A stretch of DNA of 64,000 nt from Mytilus edulis (taxonomy: Eukaryota): the NCBI RefSeq assembly GCF_963676685.1, contig NC_092347.1:98890001-98954000 (forward strand). The letters run 5' to 3'. The position numbers and the translations under genes were made by a program. Position 1 is the stretch's first letter. Each line of letters opens with the position of its first letter. The notes under the pieces were generated by a model. It was not told the DNA's origin, did no database searches, and was given only the letters and a program-made list of their open reading frames with translations. Below are positions 27,950 through 40,376 of the stretch, in pieces.

Positions 27950-28425
27950 CTAGCGCACACAATATCGTTTGTTATGAATGAGGAACATATCTATATGAAA
28001 TCAATAGGTTGTAGCTAAAAATCCTCCACATGCTGTTGATAACTTTTTGGTAATGATTTATTAAAATATCCGTTGATATTTGTGGCATATATAATATATT
28101 TAACAAAAGTTTAATGACGGCTCCAAGTTCGTACGACTATTGGTACGGTAGCAAAGCGGGAAACCTAATACAAGATATTCACAGCTAAGCGCACACAATA
28201 TCTTTTGTTATGAATGAGGAACATAGCTATATGAAATTAATAGGTTGTAGCTAAAAATCCTCCACATACTGTTGATAATTTTCAGTAATGATTTATTAAA
28301 ATATCCGTTGATATATGTGGCATATATAATGTATTTAACAAAAGTTTAATGACGGCTACAAGTTCGTACGACTCTTGGTACGGTAGCAAACCGGGAAACC
28401 TAATACAAGATATTCACAGCTAAGC
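27950..28425. repeat. Tandem duplication, 2 x ~236 bp
   Basis: AGCGCACACAATATC at 27952 and 28188. Confidence 0.85.
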
Positions 28426-28449
28426 TTGCTTTAGGCCAGACATTTCTAT

Positions 28450-28640
28450 CTCGAAATTGACAATAAGGATCTGTCTAAATCTATATTTCACGACAAAGGA
28501 TATGATTTCAATTGTTACATTGTAAACTTTCATTTCTTTGTATCAACAACTTCAAACAATGTTGATATTTCCAAGCTCATACGTTACACAAGGACTTGTT
28601 TGTTATCCATGATTGAGTGTAACTGTTCACCAAAAAACTA
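28450..28640 (+). mobile_element. Decayed Penelope-like RT fragment
   Basis: Reads LEIDNKDLSKSIFHDKGYDFNCYIVNFHF..ISKLIRYTRTC, similar to the PLE motif LEID..LYDKRDDFNF.IVNFPF..SQLIRYSRAC. Confidence 0.6.
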
Positions 28641-28659
28641 TTGCTTGCAGTATCGTTAA

Positions 28660-29070
28660 TATAAAAAAAGAAGATGTGGTATGATTGACAATGAGACAAC
28701 TATCCACAAAAGACCAAAATGATACAGACATTAACAACTATAGGTCAAAGCCCATACCGCATAGTCAGCTATAAAAGGCCCCGATAACACAATGTAAAAC
28801 AATTCAAACGAGAAAACCAACGGCCTTATTTATGTAAAAAAATGAACGAAAATCAAATATGTAACACATAAACAAACGACAACCACTGAATTCCTGACTT
28901 GGGACAGGCACATACATAAATAATGTGGCGGGGTTAAACATTTTAGTGGGATCCCTACCCTCCCCCTAACCTGGGACAGTGGTATAACAGTACAACATAA
29001 GAACGAACTATAAAAATCAGTTAAAAAAGGCTTAACTCATCAGATGGACAAACATACAAATGGACGTGGT
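28660..29070 (+). repeat. Abundant interspersed repeat A (longest + copy)
   Basis: AAAAAAGAAGATGTGGTATGATTG..GAGACAACT..AAACGACAACCACTGAA. Further copies at ~2335-2805(-), 12830-13125(-), 27330-27600(+), 29675-29965(+), 41125-41290(+), 42290-42600(-), 50630-50905(+), 60135-60415(-), 61790-62062(-). Confidence 0.8.
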
Positions 29071-31349
29071 CAATGTCATTCATTAAAAAAGATATACTTA
29101 ATCTATTTGGTGTTGGATGTGTAATGATCAATATTACAGTATTGATTATTTAATGAGTTGTTCAAACTGGTTTTCGGAAGCTGCAGCTACTCCCAAATCT
29201 ATAATTTTGTATGTTCTTATATTGTTCTTTTAAAACATTGGTGCATGTTATGGTAGGGTTTTGAGCAAACATGTTCACCTCGGTACAATGTGTATGTGCC
29301 TGTCACATATATGGGAGCAGTCACACAGTGACTGTTGGCTTCGGTATACTCTATTGCTTTGTGCATACATTAGGCCATTAGTTTTCCCCTTTTTCACTAA
29401 ATTGTCATTTGAGATATTTTTGATGATATACATTTATATGCAGTATGGGTTTCTATCATTGTTTACGGTCGTGCAAAGGTCCTTAGTGTTTATGTTCTAC
29501 GTCATTTGGTGGAGAATTAGCAATCATATAATATATTGTTACATTTGGTGTAGACATGACTATAACTTACCATTATAGTCAATTTCGGTTCTCATTTGTT
29601 TTTTCTGTGGCCACGAATGATTTTTGGTCAAATTGATTGTGAGTATTTCTCCAGAAACTACCATTATAATAATAGGGAGATGTGGTATGATGGCCAATTA
29701 GGAAACTCTCCACCAAAGTTCAAATGTAGTGGACGTAAGCAATTATAGGCCGCTGTAGGGCCTTCAAAAATGAGAAAAATTCATACCGTATGTCGGCTAC
29801 AAACAGCCCCTTCGTAAAACATATGAATCATCTCCATTTCAAAAAGTTACGTTCTTATGTATAACAATACGAAAAACAAATATGATAGACATGAACCAAC
29901 AATAACAACTGAACACCTGACTGGTGCCAGTCACATAAAGAATGTGGTTGGGTTAAACAGGTTTTTAGAGCGATCAGCCCTCCACCGTATGTTTACTATG
30001 GATTTTATTTCTTACCAATATATTTATGCCTTATAAGTTTTATTTCTGACTAGAACTTAAACCAAAAATATTTTGTACATATAACAGTAAGATTTTTAAT
30101 TGAAATTCAGAATTATTGACAAACTTTATTTTTAGTTTTGTTGTCGTCTATTCAGTATAACTCCCGTTTCATGGATACATTATTTATTTACAAAAAAAAA
30201 ACAAAAAATACAAAACCATACTAAAAATATTAGTTATGTGGACATAATGAAAACATCAGAGTGAAGATATTTATCATTGAGTTTAACCTTGGATACAGGT
30301 ATGATAGGAGTCCGGCTCCACACATTTAACCCGATATGTTCGCTGGTCATTCACACTCCATGTGATTTAGTTTAACAACAGACGGTATGGATTGGCAAAG
30401 AGAAAAATGGGTATGCATGTAACTGAACTCAGAGGAAAATCCAATCGGAAAGTCCATAATCAATTGATGACCCCACTAAATTGTATGCCTGTACCATGTC
30501 CAAACTTCTGATCATGTATTGTTCTTCGTTGTTTGGCGTTGTTTGTATGGCTATCTTAAACTTTTTATTAAAACTAAAAGAAAGAGAATAGCATTCGAAT
30601 TTATCTGGTCTGAAATTTTAAGCAATACTTTATCAGCGTTTTGACACGTAATGCTTATTTATGAAGCTTCTCTGTGTATAATTTATTTGACTTGATGTAA
30701 TTCCTTAAGTCATCATCATCACAATATTTTGATGTATAACAAAAATATGCTTGGTTTAATGAGTTTTAAAAGTGGAAATGTTAATATTTTTATACAAATT
30801 GGAAACAATAAATTGTCGGTAGCTTTCTCATCTTGACTGATATCCGAGAATGAAATTCGCAACATCTTTGATCAAATTATGAATTTTGATATGCTTTCTA
30901 TGGAGACTTTCGTTGACTTTTAGTAAAATTATCTTATGTAATTATCATTGTGTGTGTCTTACTTTGGTATCAGGTAAATCGTTGTATTTAACCGTCGTAG
31001 TAGTTTAATTGTCATTTAGAATTAACCAGTTTTTTTGCTAAAAGGCATTTGGACAAATTAACCCCTAAGAAGATTAATAGATGTCAGACACGTGTTGTGT
31101 TTTGCTGAGATGAGATAAGATTTGATTTTTTTACTAGATCATCATAACCACATCATTAAACCTTGATACATTATGACCGTGAATGTCATAAGTGGAAGGA
31201 AAACAGCCGAGGCATAATTTAGATAAAATGTACCTAAAGGATTATTTTTGTATTATTATACAATTCACTTCATTTTATATACAAAAAATAAATGAATCTT
31301 TTTGTTCAAATTCAGAGTACTAGAAATGACCAGAATAATGTTGACATGT

Positions 31350-31600
31350 TCGGTGTTGACATGTTTATCAATTGTATGGTCAATTTTATAAGTTTCCTGT
31401 TGACAAAACTATGATTTACTTATCCCAGAAATAGATTACCTTATCTGTATTTGCCACAACTGTTTTGGAATTTTGATTCCTCATGCTCTTCAAATTTTTA
31501 CTTGTTTAGCTTTTATAACTATCTTGATCTGAGCGTCACTGATGAGTCAAATGTAGACGAAACGCGCTTGTGGCGTACTTAATTATAATCCTGGTACCTT
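31350..31600 (+). mobile_element. Retrozyme-like copy with hammerhead core
   Basis: GCGTCACTGATGAGTCAAATGTAGACGAAACGCGCTTGTGGCGT at ~31533-31576 (cleavage triplet mutated); absent from the paralogous block near 48000. Confidence 0.7.
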
Positions 31601-32776
31601 TAAAAACAAATAATAGAGTATACCAAAGAATGAGCCAATATTTTGAGAATACACATATGCAGTAATTTCCCTGAATGGAGATGGGTGGCGTTCTGGTTAT
31701 CTATCTAAACTGCCAATTTTAAACAGCTGATATTTTGTAGAAAGAATAGTTCTTAACTTCCTGTGTTCAAACACTAACTCGCTAATAACTCTGATTTGAA
31801 TGTAATAAAGCTCTGTTTTTATTTTTTTTATCATTGCAAAGTCTACTATTGTAAAGTCGTTGATCGTTAGTTATTCTGAAATTTACCCGTGGAAAGAGTT
31901 TACAATTACTATTGAAAAAAAAATTCAAACAAGAAACCCGACGGTCTTATTTATGTAGAAAAGGAGACATGATTAACACGTATTAACCACTTACAAACGA
32001 CAACTACTGAACAATAGGTTCTTGATATACATTGTTATACTTAATTTGTGGTTTTTGTGTCATTTTGTGTTTTCAGGTAATCAAAAAGTAAAATAACAAA
32101 AACACCAAACACCGAGGAAAAATTACAATGGAAAGTCTATAATCAAAAGGCAAAATCACAGCCAATGGATAACAACTGTCACATTTTTGACTAGGTATAG
32201 ACAAAGGCCTTGTCAATTTGAACCAAATAATAAATTTCAAGCACAAATGGTGTTTTCTGTGGGAAAAAAAAAACTAATGAAATATTGCTATCCAATTCAA
32301 TGATGCATATAAGCATGCAAACAAAGCTCCCTTAAATGGAATTATCATCATTCTGTTTTCTCGCATTCCATAAGCGAAACTATCTGCCGTCAAAGAACCG
32401 TGTGAGCTTTTTTCGTTTAAGCCAGTGCGTTGAAAGTTTATTTTCGACTCGTGAGATCGAATGTTTCTTTGTAATATTTTGCTTGCCCTTCTTGGTTATC
32501 CTTCGGTCGTTGTTAAAACTGTGGAGTTGATAACGCACAAACTCGTTCTACTACATTAAATGTATTTTCAATTTAATATTGAATGATTTGTGGCCCTTTG
32601 TAAACTGTTGAAGATTTTGTTTTGTGCTTGATTACATCAAACAATTGCTGAGCGATTCAAGAGTTGATATATACTATTAAGGTCTTTAACGGTCAACGAC
32701 TGTATATTAGAATCTTTATTTAGTTTTTGTAGTTTTCTTCTCTTAATATTGCTGATATTGATGTCAATTTTACTTG

Positions 32777-33838
32777 TACAACTCGTCTAAACATCAACCC
32801 AACAATGTTAGATCTGTAAATTTGCTTTCGCAAATTTTTGGTTCTTCCCTCGCCGGGATTCGAACCCTTGCTACTGTGATATCGTGACACCAAATCGCCT
32901 GCACTGCAGCCGTCCCGCTAGACCACACGACCACCTGGGCTCTCAAAAAAAGAGCTTTCGGTGGTCATGTGTTACCTTTCCACGTCAGTTTTAATCTAGC
33001 GGCGTACTACAGTACATGATATATAAGGCATGAAGATGTTATTGTTACAGATCAGCTAAATTATCTATAGTAAATCCTACAAATTAATGTAAGATACAGT
33101 CACAGAAAATAATTATATTCATAAGTACGTCTGAGTCAGTGACAACCCTACAACAGATGTATCCATCGGATCGCCATCAATGATGGTGATACATGGCTGT
33201 GTACATAATGTATATACAACTCGTCTAAACATCAACCCAACAATGTTAGATCTGTAAATTTGCTTTCGCAAATTTTTGGTTCTTCCCTCGCCGGGATTCG
33301 AACCCATGCTACTGTGATATCGTGACACCAAATCGCCTGCACTGCAGCCGTCCCGCTAGACCACACGACCACCTGGGCTCTCAAAAAAAGAGCTTTCGGT
33401 GGGCATGTGTTACCTTTCCACGTCAGTTTTAATCTAGCGGCGTACTACAGTACATGATATATAAGGCATGAAGATGTTATTGTTACAGATCAGCAAAATT
33501 ATCTATAGTAAAGGATCCTACAAATTAATGTAAGATACAGTCACAGAAAATAATTATATTCATAAGTACGGCTGAGTCAGTGACAACCCTACAACAGATG
33601 TATCCATCGAATCGCCATCAATGATGGTGATACATGGCTGTGTACATAATGTATATACAACTCGTCTAAACATCAACCCAACAATGTTAGATCTGTAAAT
33701 TTGCTTTCGCAAATTTTTGGTTCTTCCCTCGCCGGGATTCGAACCCATGCTACTGTGATATCGTGACACCAAATCGCCTGCACTGCAGCAGTCCCGCTAG
33801 ACCACACGACCACCTGGGCTCTCAAAAAAAGAGCTTTC
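32777..33838 (-). repeat. Tandem array (~2.4 units of 438-441 bp) with three tRNA-like Pol III heads
   Basis: Near-identical units start at 32777, 33215 and 33656. Minus-strand GCCCAGGTGGTCGTGTGGTCTAGCGG (A-box-like) ... GGGTTCGAATCCC (B box) at ~32846-32940, 33284-33378 and 33725-33819. Confidence 0.8.
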
Positions 33839-36169
33839 ATATATATATATAATTAAGCATTATTCTTTCTGTAAAAATAATCAATATTTAACTCGTATTG
33901 AAAAATGATTCTTTATTTGTGTTCGGGTTAAATATTTGAACTTTAATTCTTACTAACATGGGTTACACTACGGGTGGTGTTGTGGAGCAGGATCTCCTTC
34001 GATTCCTGAGTACCTTAGATCAACTCCCACAAAGCTAGATAATACAATTAATTATCTAATTACTACTTCAATTACATATTAATATGTATTATAATTTTGA
34101 CTGTTATTAATATAAGTTAGATGAGTCATTCAAATCTAATCTTGAATTCATCCAAATTCTCTTAATTTTCGGAACACATTTTAGAAATTTATATGGGACG
34201 TCACTTTGGGCGTTGCATTGACTCTGGCTAACAGGGCTGTAATTTTGTAATTTATTCATTTTTTATTCTATAGCTAGTCACCACTTCAGTTTAATCATGT
34301 ATATCTATTATATAGTCATTTTATAAAATTTACTGTTTTCAAAACTATGTATTATTCTTGATTATGATGATGTTTTGTCCCAGGCGGATAACCCTGGCCT
34401 CCCAACTTTTTGGAACGTTTGGTCCTTGTCGATCTTCAACTTGGTAGTTGTTATGGCTTTCAAACTTTTTTTTTTATATCTGAGCATAGTTTTATGTGGA
34501 CGTAGCGCGCGTGTGGTGTATACAAATATTTTTGAACCTGTTACCTTTGGATGGCTATTATTCGTTTGTTTCTCTGTCCTATATTTTCTCCAATTTATCT
34601 GTTTATTTATTGTAACCTTGTCATGTAATGTTGTAATTTGAATGTTATAATTACACTGCCATTACAGTGGAAGGTTTAGCATGCCACAAAACCAGGTGCA
34701 ACCCACCATTTGTTCACAAAATGCCCTCTACCAAGTCAGAAAAATGGCCATTGTTACATTATAATTCGTTTTTTGTGTGTTACGTTTCGGCGTTGTGTCT
34801 CTGTTGTGTCGTAGTTCTCTTATAATTGATACGTTTCCCTCAGTTTTAGTTTGTAACCCGGATTTGGTTTTTTTTCTCTATCGATTTATGAATTTTGAAC
34901 AGTGGAATACTACTGTTGCCTTTATTTGCCTTTATTTATATTGAAGAAGAATACACCTGCGATATCGCGGGTCCACAAATAAATAGTACCTACGCCTGAA
35001 TTTGTAGTATACGTATTGTTATGCTGATTTTAAGGACACAGTGTTCTCTGCTTTAGAAATCTTTCTAGTTTAAACTTATTTTATTTGCAAAAGTAGCAAA
35101 AGGGATTGGACACAAGTTATAACAACATAAGTGACGTTCCCTCCCTGAAAGAAATCTTTGTTCGAACCGGTCCTGGTTTTCTAACTACAACTCGAAACTA
35201 TAGGTGACAATGGTAAAATATAGTAGTATCAATCCCTGTATAATGACGACGTGCAATACAAAAAATGACAATGACCCATGTATATAATTAAATTCAAAAT
35301 ACACCGTTTGATAATTCATCTTATAGAGGTGGAACGTACAGATTAGTAAACGGGTGACATATACTATTAGTATCGGTATCGGATTCGACCCGAAACTTGT
35401 TAATTATTATTGGTAATATTAATTATATGGAAAACAAAATGACCTGGAATGATGTAATTTACAATGCACTTTATTATTTATACATATTATAAAGTTGAAT
35501 GCTTTGGGTCGTCGTGTATACGCCATGACGGCTAACAAATCGGACCGCTTTGTTTTGTAAATAATGTAATTTTCTAATAAACAAAAAGGGTTAGTTGCAT
35601 TGATACAATTATTTCTGAGAAAATGAGTAAAACGACAAAAATGAAACTTTCTCCTTCTTTTGGTTTTGTTTAGTATTACTGAATTTTGAGCTTTCGTAAT
35701 TACGGAATATCCAAATCTGTGACGTATACATAATAGCTTAATATGTAGATTCTAACAAGTATTGAAAATATAAGGGTTATACGGAATGAAGCGTGGATGT
35801 TGCGTTAAAATTGTTTTTAACCTACTATGTCTGTTTTTGTTGTTCACAAAATTTTTAAATATTACGGAACTATAATAAACACCAAGATATTTATCTGGCT
35901 ATAAAACCAGATATAACCCATAATTCTCTATGGAACAACACATGTGTATTCCACTCCTTCTGTGGATTGATAACCGGTGCTTCTGTTATCTACAAGTTCG
36001 GTAATTTTGTTAATTGGTTTTCAATAGTATTTGCTAACACAAAATTTTCATGACGTGCAAAGTTTTTGACTTTCAAACATCTATAAATTATGAAATAAAA
36101 AAATTACATTGATCAAGTGTTCGTTAAAAATAGTTATCAGCATAAAATTGCATAAATTATTTTGATGAA

Positions 36170-36278
36170 TTTGTGGTAACATGTATAATACATCATATTT
36201 TTTTTTATAAAACGAACAATATATAAGGCTTTTAGAACCATACATTCAGCACAACACTGGACCATCGCACCCTATCAA
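36170..36278 (+). promoter_or_regulatory. Core promoter and non-coding exon 1 of paralog 4
   Basis: TTGTGGTAA block, TATATAA 36220-36226, CATTCAGCACAACACTGG, donor caa|gtaagt at 36279. Confidence 0.8.
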
Positions 36279-36904
36279 GTAAGTTTCTAAACAAGTTAAA
36301 TTTTCATGTTAAATAAAGTTAAGAAAGATTTTTTTAGTTTTAATTATGAACAGTATTTAACTTTTTGTCGATTCTGCAGGAGAAGACCGTTTGTCGGTCT
36401 ACACGTTTTGTCCATTACAGATGTTGCAATAGAAATTATTTATATACGATGTTTGCTTATTGCTGAACATGCAAAAGGAATGAATGACTCGGAGCATGCA
36501 GTCTTTGGCGATCAAATGTCCCCTTTTCAAAGAAAAATCTGTGAACATTTCTTACCTTTTATTAATACCAAAAGGAAAAAAATGATAAGTACTCAAGAAA
36601 ACCTTATATTATTTCTTTAACGACCTTTTTTGTAGTTATTAAAAGAGGTAAGTTAAACCGTCAAATTATTTCTAAATAGCACGCTGTACTTTTTTCAATA
36701 CATGCATTTTTCCTGAATAAAATTCACTTAATGCGTCCTGGCTAATGAATTATAAATGATTTTCAGAATTATTTTTATCTATATAAGCAGATCATTTCGT
36801 TCTATCATATCTAAATAAAAGCATAGGTAATGCATTGTAAAGGCCATGTGTGAGTTGCATAAAAGGGGCAATGAAAAGTAAATTGTCAATAGTAAAACAA
36901 AATG

Positions 36905-37185
36905 ATTACAGCCGATTTTATTGAGTGTGTAGCCAAAGGTAATATCTTTTGCATTGGTTAGCTTGCTTGTTAACTGAACCGTGAAGTCATTACTAGATCA
37001 TGTATACTACCCTCCTTTCGATGTAGCCTAGTTCAACAGAAAGATTAATTGGTTATCTGTTGGACTAGTCTACTCTTAAAAGAGGGCAGTTTATCTGACC
37101 TAATAATGACTTCACGGTTCAGCTAACAAGTAAGCTAATCAAAGATATTACCTTTGGCTACACACTCAATGAAACTGATTGTAAT
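36905..37185. mobile_element. MITE with ~85 bp TIRs in intron 1 of paralog 4
   Basis: TTGAGTGTGTAGCCAAAGGTAATATCTTT..CTGAACCGTGAAGTCATTA is mirrored by TAATGACTTCACGGTTCAG..AAAGATATTACCTTTGGCTACACACTCAA; empty site in the paralog 5 intron (~53480). Confidence 0.8.
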
Positions 37186-37257
37186 ACTGTCAAGTAGACG
37201 TATTTCTAAAATTGTAGATATTAAATTAATGAAAGTTACTTTAAATATTTAAAGAAT

Positions 37258-37705
37258 TAGAATGAAATTCAAAACAGTGTGGCTGTGGCCATTGATTGAC
37301 ACATTAAATTCATCCATTGACTGGGACAATTTTCGTGAACGTTTGTATGTAACGACCACTGTTCACGACGTACCTACGATAGACATTTAAACTGTGGGGT
37401 CACCAAGGTTTCTTAACGCCTTTAATTATAAAATAATTCGAAAAATTAATCAGGAATAACCTTTATGTTTTGATTTATATAATTTATATAAATCAAAACA
37501 TCGTGTTATTTCTGATTATTTTTTTTCGAATTACTTTATTAATGTTTTGAGAACCTTTGGTGACCCCATAGTTTAAGTGTCTTTAAAAAGTACTCAGTGA
37601 GCAATGGTCGTTACATACAAACGTTCACCTAAATTGTCCCAGTCAATGGATGAATTTAATGTGTCAATCAATAGCCACAGCCACACTGTTTTGAATTTCA
37701 TTCTA
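37258..37705. mobile_element. Foldback/palindromic MITE (~450 bp, almost entirely inverted repeat)
   Basis: TAGAATGAAATTCAAAACAGTGTGGCTGTGG... mirrored by ...CCACAGCCACACTGTTTTGAATTTCATTCTA; symmetry centre near 37482; TA ends; absent from paralog 5. Confidence 0.85.
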
Positions 37706-38300
37706 TTAAAATATAGCTGTTTGCAAGAAGTGGTCATCCTTTGAAATAACAAATTTAGGCAATGTTTGTACCGATGAAAATAAATTGTCTATTAAATAAA
37801 CGTCATTTGAATTAATAGTACATTCTGTACATCTATGTCAATAAGACAGCAATACAAAAAAACACACAAAACAAACGACATCTAGTTGTCACCGTCCTGG
37901 ACAACAAGAAATACTTTTTTTTCAAAATCACATCAATATTATCCATGAGATCTGCTCTGGAGATTATATCAGTAAATGATTGATACGGTGTGTGATGTTG
38001 GAAAACCCATATCATACACACTTAATTATACCTCTTGTAGATGTTTCCCCTGTTAAGACATAAAACGTTTTAGGTCGAGTGAAACCTTTAAATCTGGTAT
38101 GCATGTAATAATTAGGTTTTAACACAATTTGTCCAGTTCTCCAGTTGTCAGCCATCCATATTCAGTGTCTAATTGTTTTTGCCTAAATTACTGTATGAGA
38201 CAAAAGATATCAAGTGTTAATTCTTTTGTAAGATCTTTGAAAAAAAGAAGCGGAAGACACAAAATTGTAAATAGATTTCTTAAGTCGAAGAGGCACTAAT

Positions 38301-38356
38301 AGGTACTAGGATTATAATTTAATACGCCAGACGCGCGTTTCGTCGACATAAGACTC
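38301..38356 (-). mobile_element. 5'-truncated retrozyme/hammerhead fragment
   Basis: AGGATTATAATTTAATACGCCAGACGCGCGTTTCGTCGACATAAGACTC matches ~51811-51859 almost base for base. Confidence 0.8.
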
Positions 38357-38362
38357 CTTAGT

Positions 38363-38404
38363 TTAGGGTCAGGGTTAGGGTTAAGGTTAGGGTTAGGGTT
38401 AGGG
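38363..38404 (+). repeat. Interstitial telomeric repeat (TTAGGG)x7, two units imperfect
   Basis: TTAGGG TCAGGG TTAGGG TTAAGG TTAGGG TTAGGG TTAGGG, a few bases after a retrozyme hammerhead fragment. Confidence 0.9.
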
Positions 38405-39299
38405 TTTAAACACATTGTTTTTCGAATAATCGAAAGAGTTGCAGTATAAAGAGAATACATCTAAGTTGTATCGAAATATACATTTTATTTTAGTAGGTAC
38501 AAAACATAGAATAAAAATGCACGACAAAAACGTATATTTTTTCTGTTTAATAGCCTTTAAAAAGCAAATTCCTAAGATAACTGAAATTCAAGTTTGAGTT
38601 TGGGCTGTTATCTTACTAGCTATAATGAAACAACAAACAGTTATAATCGTTAACCATTTAGTTAACTAAAACAAAAATGGATCACAGGTTTATTCCGACT
38701 TACCGACATTAACGGTTATCCCATTAAATAAGAAAAATAAGTGCTTTATATCCACGAACAAGGTCTGATTTAGTCTGTTACTGTTATAACAGATTTTAAT
38801 CGCTCGCTCTAACACACCATCTTGATCATTTTGTTATGCTTAAACGGACTGAATTGCCTAAAATGACTATCAATAAGAAAAGCGTCTAAAACATGCAAGT
38901 CTAAAAAAGTTTGAAAGTTTTTCTCTTGCAGTAAATTCAATCATTTAAGTTGATCAGGCAAAATGACCGTTTCAGACTAAATTATTGCTTCTAGTGTAAT
39001 CTAGTGTCGCGTATCTTTAATCTTCTGTTCAAATTTAAATTCACAACAAGAGATACAATATTGTATGTTTTACGTAGAAAACATTAAATTAAAATACTCT
39101 ATCACACAAAGTCTAGAGTTGAAGTTGTGACCATTAAATAGTATTTACGATTATTTTTACTCGTAAGATTGTTTTGTAAAGAGCTACTGATTACCACATG
39201 CACGATCAAGTTTTGAAAACTTTACCTCAGAATGTTATTTTCAAAAATCTGAAACAATCTCCAATTAAATAATCTATAATATTTCTTGACTATTACAGA

Positions 39300-40376
39300 A
39301 TGCAAATCTCAGTTGGTATTCTTTTGGCTATCTTTGGCGCAGTCAGCGCATCCTATAAAGGAGGATATGGCGGTTACGGAGGTGGATACGGAGGATACGG
39401 TGGTGGACTGGGAGGATTAGGAGGTGGATTAGGAGGTGGATTAGGAGGAGGATTAGGAGGAGGATTGTGGGGTATTGGAGTTGGAGGATATGGTAAAGGA
39501 GGATATGGTGGATACGGCGGATATGGAATCGGAGGTGGATACGGAGGATACGGAATCGGAGGTGGATACGGAGGTTACGGAATCGGAGGTGGATACGGAG
39601 GATATGGCATCGGAGGTGGATATGGTGGATATGGAATCGGAGGTGGATATGGTGGAATTGGTGGTGGATACGGAGGATATGGAAAAGCCGTTGTTGTGAA
39701 AGTACCAGTATCTGTAGGATATGGCGGTTATGGTGGTATCGGAGGTGGATTCGGTGGTGTCGGTGGTGGATTCGGTGGAATCGGAGGTGGATTAGGTGGT
39801 ATCGGAGGTGGATTAGGTGGTATCGGAGGTGGAATTGGTGGTGGATATGGTGGTTTGAACAGTTATGCATACGGAAAGGGAAAAGGTAAGATAATGTCTG
39901 CTTTAAAAAAAAAAATTCTGACTAAATTTTATGGATCAACGGATGGTTCACATTATTAATTGGTTTAAATACATATTAAATATTGACGTATCATTTGCTA
40001 ACTTCTGCATAGATTGTTGAACATTGCAATATTGATGACATGTCTTATTCAGAGGGAAATACTTGATTAAATTGTTGTCAGTTTCATACATACATTCGTG
40101 TTATTACAGCAGTCGTTGTTAGAATTTCACATGATGACATTTCTGCCGAAAATGGGAGCCGTTATATTTAAAAAAAAATACTTTGATTCATTAAACATTA
40201 TATCAAACTTTTGTTTTCTCAAGAAAAAAATATTTCCTCTTCTAATTTTCTATTGTCTTAGATTGATTTAACTGAATAATGAATTTGACATAAATACGAA
40301 ACTTCAAACCATTATATGAACTCCATAAAGCCAATGCTATGCAATTAAATATATTTTTTGTTTTGCAGGATATTAA
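39300..40376 (+). CDS. Secreted glycine/tyrosine-rich structural protein, paralog 4, 197 aa; coding exons 39300-39885 and 40369-40376
   Basis: Acceptor tattacag|A-ATG; signal peptide MQISVGILLAIFGAVSA; donor AAAG|gtaag at 39886; last exon ttttgcag|GA TAT TAA; AATAAA at 40434-40439. Confidence 0.9.

Noticed and set aside
32846-32940. Functional tRNA gene
   Set aside because: A- and B-box-like motifs are present, but a proper cloverleaf acceptor stem and anticodon arm could not be drawn.
33119-33772. Two near-identical 70-aa ORFs
   Set aside because: By-products of the 441-bp tandem repeat; no recognisable protein features.
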